From Eledone cirrhosa (taxonomy: Eukaryota): a DNA stretch of 64,000 bases. The stretch lies in NCBI GenBank assembly GCA_964016885.1, contig OZ024743.1, forward strand, positions 215,202,001 through 215,266,000, in the 5' to 3' direction. How positions within the stretch are numbered: position 1 is the stretch's first letter; every line of letters starts with the position of its first letter. Below the pieces are notes generated by a model. The model was not told the origin of the DNA. It made no database searches and saw only the letters and a list, made by a program, of their open reading frames with translations. A program made the position numbers and the translations under genes. Positions 54,940 to 64,000 of the stretch are shown here, in pieces.

Positions 54940-55740
54940 GCTCAGAGCAGGAGAGTTAAGGCGAAAAAGATATCGGATGCTGAATTTGCCGACGACATAG
55001 ATTTGGTGACAAATACAGTGAAGGAGGCAGAGGATTTGATGCAGGAGGTTGAGACTGTGTCGATGAGTGTGGGGCTGAGAATGAATGAGACTAAAACGAA
55101 ATATCTGGTAGAGAATGTTGAGTAGCCAGAGGGGATCATTAATGTAGGAGGGAAGCCGCTAGAATTGGTTGAGGACTTCGTGTATTTGGGAGCAAATATT
55201 GGGAATACGGAAGATGATGTGGTTGAGAGGAGGAGAAAAGCCTGGGCGGCGTGCCACAGCTTGAGATCGGTGTGGAAGTCGGACCTTCGTAGAGACCTGA
55301 AAATTCGCCTCTTCATTGCTGTAGTGGAGTCTGTGCTGATGTACAGGTCTGAGACTTGGACACTGACCAAGAAACTAACTCAGACAGTGGTTGGGTGCTA
55401 CACGAGAATGCTAAGGAAGGCACTGAAAACTAATCAGTATACACTGAAGATGAAAACTCAGAGGTGTAAGGGAGCCTCCCAAATGTCAGCTCAAAAGTGA
55501 CACAGAGGAGATTGAGGTTAGCTGGACATGCACAGCGACATCCAGTGTTGACATTTCACTCAGTGCTCCTGTGGCAGCCCCTACATGGACACACTGGAAG
55601 GGGAAACAAAGGTTAACGTATGTTGATGCCCTAAGGACAGACACTGGTCTGTTGGAGACGCAGGACATGTCAGCAATAATGACGGACAGAGACCACTGGA
55701 GAGAACTCGTCCATGGATCTCGGGAATTGTACCCGCTCTA
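54940..55740 (+). mobile_element. RTE-clade LINE 3' fragment
   Basis: EFADDIDL...GLRMNETKTK...VEDFVYLG...KIRLFIAVVESVLMYRSETWTL...CYTRMLRKAL. Confidence 0.85.
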
Positions 55741-55769
55741 GAATATATATATGTATATATATATATATA

Positions 55770-56771
55770 TATAAAGGTTTCCATATACATAAAGTTATAG
55801 ATATATATGTTGCAACCGGTCACTTTTGGCTCTATGAAGAATTAATAAATTAAATAATCAGAGCAATATATCATAAATCATGTCCTTAGAATTATTAGAT
55901 AAAATATATACCATTTCCTCTCCCAATTAGCATAATTAACCATATAAAAAACCAATTAGACCAAGCTATAAGAAGAAAGGCTCTTATGAAGAAATCTCCG
56001 ACAAATAACCTTTCTTCTTATTATTTGGTCTAATTGATTTTTTATATGGTTAATTATGCTAATTGGGAGAGGAAATGGTATATATTTTATCTAATAATTC
56101 TAAGGACATGATTTATGATATATTGCTCTGATTATTTAATTTATTAATTCTTCATAGAGCCAAAAAGTGACTGGTTGCAACATATATATCTATAACTTTA
56201 TGTATATGTAAACCTTTATATTTAATAATCTCCCGTTAGGTTGAGATACAATTTGGCGATATGTGGCTGCGCTTTCTAGCAACAAGCGTACCCGCCGTAA
56301 GCAACCAATCACATTCTTTCTAGCTTGACCACAGTCACATTGCGATTCTTAGCCATTTTTGAATCTAATTTTGGCGCGATCACGTTGGAAAACTAAGTGT
56401 CTAATTTTGAGTTTGTCTCCTGATGGATCCTAACTCAAGACATTCCTATTAATTGGATGTCTAAAAATACGGATGCAACCATGGTAGAGATATAATTACG
56501 GTATGTACACATTTCTTCTAAGATTAATTTTACACCTAATTATGTATGGTTGATGATATATTTAATCGGTTTCCACATGCTGTCGAAATGTTGGATAAAT
56601 ACTCTATTGGCGCCACCGCGAAGAGGCCACTTTCGGTTATTTGTCGGAGATTTCTTTATAAGAGCATTTCTTCTTATAGCTTGGTCTAATTGATTTTTTA
56701 AATGGTTAATTATGCTAATTGGGAGAGGAAATGGTATATATTTTATCTAATAATACTAAGGACATGATTTA

Positions 56772-56775
<4 letters not shown>
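55770..56775. repeat. Fold-back element: arms ~55770-55980 and ~56009-56220, with a third copy at ~56637-56775
   Basis: ~210-bp near-perfect inverted repeat with a 28-nt spacer; TA-bounded; no convincing HHR. Confidence 0.8.
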
Positions 56776-56837
<62 letters not shown>

Positions 56838-56839
<2 letters not shown>

Positions 56840-57016
56840 TGTTATATTTGGGGAGGGTCATATTATTATGTTGTTATAATATTGCCAGAAATAATAATAG
56901 AACACACATACTCTTTGGTCTGGATTGGTTTTAGGTCCTGTATCTTTTATATCTCCATAGTTAATTTATCTGGCAATCAATGTTAATCATTGACTGACAA
57001 AAGGTTAAAAATACAG

Positions 57017-57020
<4 letters not shown>
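56838..57020 (-). mobile_element. Short terminus of a family A-related PLE
   Basis: Minus strand ATG ACC CTC CCC AAA TAT AAC AAT (MTLPKYNN) abutting (TA)n, as at 12428. Confidence 0.55.
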
Positions 57021-57060
<40 letters not shown>

Positions 57061-57101
57061 GATATATTAACAAATGGAAACTATATTTATAAAACCATAT
57101 T

Positions 57102-57166
57102 TATTTCATTATACATATTTCAAGGACACTAGGTTAAATTTTGGTGTGCTTTCATCAGTTAAAATA
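57102..57166 (-). ncRNA. Type I hammerhead ribozyme (family C-related, different stem II)
   Basis: Reverse complement: tattttaa CTGATGA aagcacac...gtgtcctt GAAA tatgta TA atgaaata; stem II sequence replaced but still paired. Confidence 0.6.
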
Positions 57167-58830
57167 TAATATAGATTAGTTTTATAAATAAATATTGACA
57201 TACCATTAAAGTATGCGACCATTTCTGTTGGAAGCTCCCGGATAGTGGGGTTATAAATTTATTTATACTATTATGTAAATTAGTTTCGGATATTTTTAAA
57301 ACAGAGTAGATTTAAATAAGCCGTTGGGTTATGGAGAAAGAGAGAGAGAGAAAAAAAAGAGAGAGAAAAAAAGAGAGATAGACAAAAGAGCAAACTCTAA
57401 GAGGAAAATAAGAAAAGTAGAAAGAGAAGAAAAAAGAAAAGAGAAAGCGAAAGCTCTAAGTGATAGTTTGTTGTATTAGTTTAACTTTTGAGATGAAGTG
57501 AAAGAATAAATATTTAATGGATGAATAGAGAAGTGTAAATAAGCGTGAATGGAAAATACATACATAATAGGAGAATATTAACCATTGATTAAATATGATA
57601 AATGTTTAGATTATCATTTACATTATTGAGATCTATACATTAACAATCTATACATTAAGACTATATATTATTAAAAAAACCTATATATTATTAAAAGAAT
57701 ATATTTATATATATACATACGCACACACAGATATATATACATATAAATATACATCTACATATATACATCTACATATATATATATACATACAAACTATAAA
57801 GGATTTTTTAATTTAAGATATAGGAATTTTCATAAACTTATAGATTTTTCGGAGAAAATCTTAGAAAAAACAGAGATAATCATTTCTATGTAATATCAAA
57901 ACAGCGTGAAGGAAATTAAGTTATTTACTTATATTAAATGTTACAAATGTTAAGATAGTAAAGGAAATGTTAGGTTATACACACTTTTTTATATACGTTT
58001 TATATCTAATAAATCCACCTGTTATGTAGTTTTGACTGTTATTATATAAGTTTGTTTATCACGAACCTTAAGAAAATCCTTATAAACGAGTGCAATCGAA
58101 TTGTATGCATATATATATACATACAATCCCCACATAGATACACATAGACGTACTTACACATACAGGTAGATATGCATCACACATATATATATATATACAT
58201 ACATACACACACATATATGTATACATATATATATATATACACACATACATATAGAGAGAGAGATATATAAATATAGTACATAGTATAATTGAAGTACATA
58301 ATATATATAATATGAAATAAAATAAAATAAAATAAAATAAAAATAAAAAAGAATTATATTACGATTTGTAAATATAATTATAAGCAATATAACTTTAAAT
58401 CAATATAATTTAAGAAAATATTATAGAATATTTCAAGTTATAATTTTAACATAATATGTTTAATAGATTCAGTATAAAAATGTTCTTCGTATGTTTAACT
58501 TAATTTTACAGCCATAAGAAAAAGAAAGAGAAACTTTCAAAAATAGGAGAAACTTTCAAATAAAATATTTTTCCCCTTTAAAGAGGTTTCAGTATGTTTC
58601 TCTAGAACAATTTTTTTTTATTTATATTTAAGAAAAAAATGTTTTTAACTTGAGAGTTTAAGCAGTCAAATGAAGGAATCTAATGATTTATCGATAGGTT
58701 CGATATATTAATAGAATTAATTAATTATATATTACATTTTAAATTTATATTTAAACAAGCAAATTATAAACGTAAACATGTAAGTATGTTTTTGAGACGG
58801 TGAGCGAGTTTGAAATTAGAAATTAGAAAT

Positions 58831-59020
58831 TATAAGCTTTCACCGTATTTTAGACTAAAGAAATTTCTAGCCTGATAGTGGGGTTTATAACCCTCGGAGA
58901 AATGGAAAAAGATGAGTGTTGCCGTACGGCAACACTCATCTTTTTCCATTTCTCCGAGGCTTATAAACCCCACTATCAGGCTAGAAATTTATTTAGTCCA
59001 AAATACGGTGAAAGCTTATA
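58831..59020. repeat. 190-bp spacerless palindrome
   Basis: 95-bp arms centred on GCCGT|ACGGC at 58925/58926, with only a few mismatches. Confidence 0.93.
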
Positions 59021-60290
59021 TTTAAACGTTGAGTTCAATCTATGTCTGCAGCAACTGAATAAATTGTTCCTTAGGTTCAGGGAATGTTTGGTCTTTAATA
59101 TAAATAATATTTCCTCTATACAAAGATCACAATTTTCTGAAGAGGAGTTAAAAAGAGTAGATTTTGAAATAATATTCCAAAGCAACGGATATTTAACGTT
59201 CTTTAATTTGAGGTCCCATAATAAGCTAGATAGAGAAGTTGAAGATTTTTTGTTTAGACGTGTAAAAGAGTTTTTATGGTTATTGAAACGGGATTTTAAT
59301 TCACAGTTATTATTTTCGATAAGTAAAAGCATGTCGTCACGATATAAACCTCCGGTCATCTCAGGTATTTTCTTATGTAGTGAATTATTTATAAAGAGGC
59401 CCACAAGATCCGTTACCTGAGCGGAATCGGATGATCCCATAGTTGTATCAAAGTTATTATTTCTATCTGCTCTAGTCCGTGCCGATAATATAATGTGCAT
59501 TTCATTACTAGTTAAGTCTGTATGTTTAAATGCGTAAGTTAGTGCTTTATTAAGCAGATTAGGATTGATGGATGAGTAATAATTAGCAATATCCAATTGA
59601 ATAAACTTATTATTATAGTTATATTTAATTTCCTTAAACCAATCGATAACTTCACTAGTTCCTTTCCATAATTTTAAATAAGACAATTTCTTAATTTGTG
59701 GTATTATTCTGTCTAAAATATTCTTGCTAAGTCTGCCAAGGTCCGATTTAGATGGTGAAATTAATCTGACTGGTAAATCAGTTTCAAAGTTCCTTTTGTG
59801 ATCCTTCATATTAATTTTAGGTTTCCTTGGCATGAATGGTTGTGTCTTATTTTCAATGCCTAGTTCATGCATTATATAAGAGGCATCTGTATTCAATTTT
59901 TCAAGGTCGTCATTATTTGTTACTTTGTATTTCTTCCTTAGTTCCTTTAATATAAGATCGTTCTAAATGTCCTTTTGTATTCCGTAAAGATTATTGTCTG
60001 ACTTGACTAGAATTTTCTCCGTTTTCTCCAAGTTTTCAATATTATATTTGATATTTCTTAAGTAATCCTGGCCTTTGAAGTTGTTTTTGAATTTGATGCT
60101 TTGGATGATAGATATGATTTCATTTTCAAAATCCGTTAGTAGTTTGTTGGGAGGTGGATTTTTTTAGATTTGAAGATTTTATAAAGATTGGAGACATTCT
60201 CATTTACATCAGATTTATCGAAATGGAAAGCACGCCACCTGATTCTTCTTATAAAAGAGTCTGATTTTTCTATTAATTGTTTAATACATA
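58976..60290 (-). pseudogene. Hydra-like PLE RT-EN ORF with internal deletion
   Basis: LIEKSDSFIRRIRWRAF, KDHK, RLISPSKSDLGRLSK, QLDIANYYSSI, MGSSDSAQVTDLVG, GGLYRDD, then directly KSRFNNHKNSF...SLSSLLWDLK...CDLCIEE...CRH. Confidence 0.85.
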
Positions 60291-60299
60291 TATATATAT

Positions 60300-60672
60300 A
60301 TAAATAAAAATAACAAGAGGCTGAACTGGTTTAAATCCTTGAAAGGTTTATTATACTATGATCATTTCAATGACCGGATACCATATGAATCCGGTGATAT
60401 CATCAGGTATTTGAAATATAACAAAGGAATATGTATATGTAAAAACCATGGGTCCGATAAATCAGAGACGGAGAGGACGACTGACCAACTAGCCGTCCTC
60501 TCTGTCTCTGATTTTTCGGACCCATGGATTTTACATATACCTATTCCTTTGTTATATTTCAAATACCTGATGATAACACCGGATTCATATGGAACCCGGT
60601 CATTAAAATTATGATAGTATAATAAACCTTTCAAGGATTTACACCATTCCAGCCTTCTGTAATTTTTATTTA
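60300..60672. mobile_element. Fold-back mini-element (~185-bp arms) with HHR in both arms
   Basis: Arms 60300-60482 and 60491-60672; unique tail to ~60815; TA-bounded. Confidence 0.8.
60353..60410 (-). ncRNA. Type I hammerhead ribozyme (damaged mirror copy at 60563-60620)
   Basis: Reverse complement: atac CTGATGA tatc-accggat...atccggt-catt GAAA tgatca TA gtat; palindromic stem III ATGATCAT. Confidence 0.7.
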
Positions 60673-60956
60673 TAATTAAATCCGTATTCGCACCACCGAC
60701 TACACAAACGAAGACGGGTGAACTGCATTACGTTGAGTACTCTCCACAATACTACACCATGATTGCCCATACGGAATGACCAAATCTATCCAGCAGGGAA
60801 CCAACAAACCTAAAGATATGTATATATATATATATATTCTATCAAAGTTCTTTCACTACACATCTGTGACATCATCAGTGGTACTATTATGTATCCACCC
60901 GTTGTATTGTAATGCCTTTGCCATTTTTATTTAATTTATATATATATATATGTATG

Positions 60957-61008
<52 letters not shown>

Positions 61009-61047
61009 TGTGTGTGTGTGTCTGTGTGTATGCGTGTGTGTGTGTGC

Positions 61048-61089
<42 letters not shown>

Positions 61090-61139
61090 GTATATACATA
61101 TCTATCTATATGTCTATCTTTATAGTTTATTGTTATTTA

Positions 61140-61229
61140 TTAATGTTAAAGTTATATGATTTTTATGTAAAACCCCCGCCGTCACGTCTTGTAATGCCCC
61201 ATTTTTGTACGCCCCTGTGGCAAATAAAG

Positions 61230-61232
<3 letters not shown>
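61140..61232 (+). mobile_element. Tx1-like LINE extreme 3' fragment
   Basis: tgtaaaaccccc...gcccctgtggcaaataaagaaa followed by (TC)n, resembling the 3' ends at ~34480 and ~40970. Confidence 0.55.
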
Positions 61233-61312
<80 letters not shown>

Positions 61313-61362
61313 ATTATATATATATATATATATTATATATATATATATATTATATATATATA

Positions 61363-61484
<122 letters not shown>

Positions 61485-62639
61485 AATTGAAATACTAGAG
61501 TGTGTTGGAGTTAAACACCCTCTTCGTATTATAGAAATGACAGTAAATGTATAGCTCAATGTAATTAAACAGAGCCGAAGAATTATAGCTTTTCATTATA
61601 GCATTCATAATCTGTTGGCTACCATACCATTTCTATCTTCTTAAATATTATATTTTCACTATTAACACCTTATGAGTTTAAATCTGATTATATATTTTGT
61701 TTTATTTTATATTATTCTATTTTATTTTATTTGGATTCTTCTTTGGATAACTACCCCCCCCCCCACACACACACATACATACTTGTCACTCGCCCCTTCA
61801 AATATACTATAATTATATCCAATTCCCTTTTACGCTCCTTTCTATTGTATAATAAAGTATGTTGATTATGATTTTATGCTCTTTCATATCCTCCATACAT
61901 TTCTTTTTTCTGTCCCCATTGGCCTACCATAACTCTATTTAAAGTCTGTTTATTAGATAACGTTATTCAACTGATAGTTGAATATTTCATTTTTTCCAGA
62001 TACATTTTTATAGTGATATATTTAAATACTGGGATTTTGATTACTTAAACCATAGCTAATTTTGTATGGACTTATGTATTTTAAGTACTTTCAATATTAA
62101 TTACTTTAATAGGGTTTTCTAGTCATTTATCAGGGTTTGTTTCCTAAATTTTTTACTTAACTGCATGCGACACCTAAGTAAATACTTTTGTTTTTGCTTT
62201 TCGATTTCCGGTTGATTGTATTTATTTATATATACTACCGTGCGTAGTCTGTCTGTCTGGCTCTCATTCACTTATTCATAAATGTCTCTCCACCAACCAT
62301 GTAATTATGTATATTATACTATGTTCAATATGTTATATTGAAATTTTAATTCATTCCACTCTTTGTAAACCCGATTATTAAATGTACCATTATGTTATGT
62401 TAAATTCTGTAAATCCTGTAATATGTTTATATTTTTATAATTCTTGTAATGTTTGGATAATATTTATTTACACCAACTGTATAGAAATTTGAACTATTTT
62501 CTTGCAATCTGATCTATTTTCTTGGTTTTGATATTTTTCCAACATAATTTTTCCAATATAATTTAGTTCTGTACAATATTTTTTCTCACCCTGACTGTAA
62601 ATCTATATGATTTGTTAAGTTATATGCCATCATATTTTA

Positions 62640-62826
62640 ATTGTTACTACTTTAGGCACAAGGCCAGCAATTACCCAGTGCATTACTGGTACTTTATTTT
62701 ATCGACCCCGTAAGGATGAAAGGCAAAGTCAACCTCGGCGGGATTTGAACTCAGATCGTAAAGGGACGCAACTATGCTGGAAAGCATGACGTCCGACCCT
62801 CTACCAATACTGCCAATCTACCGCCC
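62640..62826 (-). mobile_element. Full-length SINE
   Basis: Reverse complement of the family consensus; flanked by a repeated atattttaat. Confidence 0.9.
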
Positions 62827-63467
62827 ATTATATTTTAATATTGTGATTTTAGTGTTATTGTAACATTTATATTTATGTGCAAATTAACCGGAGATTATCT
62901 ATTATATAATTATATAGTTTATTATATATTTTATGCTTACTTTTAATCATTTATTCTTCATTTTATACTGTAAATATTATATGTATTATATTTTAATTTT
63001 ATTTTCATTTGTATTTTTCATTTGTATTTTTCATTTGTATTTTTGTTTTTATTTTTATTATTATTATTATTATTTATATTTAAACTCTTAATAAGGGTTA
63101 GTTTGTGCTTCTATTGATGGAAATATGAATTGATAATATGTATATATGTGTACATGTGCATATATGTATATTGGGCCTTTTAACATTATTATTATTATCA
63201 TTATTAATTATATTATATTATATTATATTATATATAGTACAATAATTCCCGCTGTATATCACCACCTCTGTTTTAGCTCTTGTTTTTGCATTGGACTATA
63301 TTTGTAATATGGTTCAAAATGTTACTTACTTCCTTAGCAATTTGCACTTGATAATTTTTTACTTGATAATTTTTACCCGATTATTTTCCTATGATTTAAT
63401 CTATGTACACTCCATATTCTTCTGAGTTTTCGGCTTGCATTGGCTGATAGTGCTTCTTATAGCTTCA

Positions 63468-63512
63468 ATTGCCCTGATGAGTCCTTAATAGGACGAAACA
63501 TTGTTGGCTAAT
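63468..63512 (+). ncRNA. Minimal type I hammerhead ribozyme, canonical core
   Basis: att-gcc CTGATGA gtcct-taat-aggac GAAA catt G TT ggc-t-aat: 5-bp stem II with G10.1-C11.1, near-palindromic ACATTGT; ends a long AT-rich PLE-like UTR before (TA)n. Confidence 0.75.
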
Positions 63513-63553
63513 AAAGACTTTTGATGTATTGAAGGCTTCTTTGGTAAATTTTC

Positions 63554-63614
<61 letters not shown>

Positions 63615-64000
63615 AATACGATTGTGTAGAATTTCATATTGAAGAGACTAATACTAACCCACAACGTGTATATCAGAAGGATTACTGCGCAGAAAGCTAT
63701 GTTACATCAACTGAAAGGAAAAATACAACGTTTATTTGAAGAGAAAAAAGTGTGTATTTCACACAACATAACTGGCAAATATTTTAGGCTACTAATAAGG
63801 CACATGCACCCCAGACAACGTAATGACAAATATGATCAGTTTAGACATATGCTCTTCTCAGCCATTTCATATAATGTGTTTGACAGGAAGATTACACAGT
63901 GGAAAGCAAGAATTCGCGGATTCAGCATCATTATTCACTGTCAACCCTAAATTTTCGAAACATTTCTACTTCAGAATATTTCTTGAGAAAAGCAAGTAGA

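Larger units (their letters stand above)
57062..60290 (-). mobile_element. Hydra-like (YRDD) Penelope-like element with long AT-rich 3' UTR and family C-like pseudo-LTR
   Basis: Coding remnant 60290-58976 and HHR at 57102-57166 on the same strand; TA-bounded. Linking them into one element is inferred. Confidence 0.65.

Noticed and set aside
63639-63950. 103-aa ORF at the window end
   Set aside because: No ATG-supported start or recognisable domain; faint resemblance to PLE N-termini (FDRKITQWK) is too weak to call.

Overview
AT-rich eukaryotic DNA with no host protein-coding exon I can support; the SINE family and (TA)n density suggest an octopod cephalopod (inference). Nearly all of it is retroelement-derived. 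(1) A 12.6-kb array of a young Penelope-like element (PLE; RT + C-terminal GIY-YIG) sits in a (TA)n microsatellite: one inverted 5'-truncated copy, a short 3' fragment and two head-to-tail full units, each spacer carrying a minimal hammerhead ribozyme (HHR). (2) There are remnants of at least two further PLE lineages, including YRDD-type Hydra-like elements. (3) Many short fold-back elements bounded by (TA)n carry their own minimal type I HHRs, each family with a different palindromic stem III; about 18 HHR motifs of about 9 sequence types, plus one expanded candidate. (4) Three tandem Tx1/L1-clade LINEs, RTE fragments, a tRNA-derived SINE family, a non-autonomous Helitron and a Helitron RepHel fragment are also present. 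The most interesting signals are the ribozyme-bearing, TA-targeting PLE system (ends lying past the ribozyme cleavage site and just after the ORF start codon, family-specific dimerisation palindromes, variant cores) and the loss of the GIY-YIG catalytic Glu in the only open full-length ORF. All coordinates and base-pairings were read by eye and may be off by a few bases.
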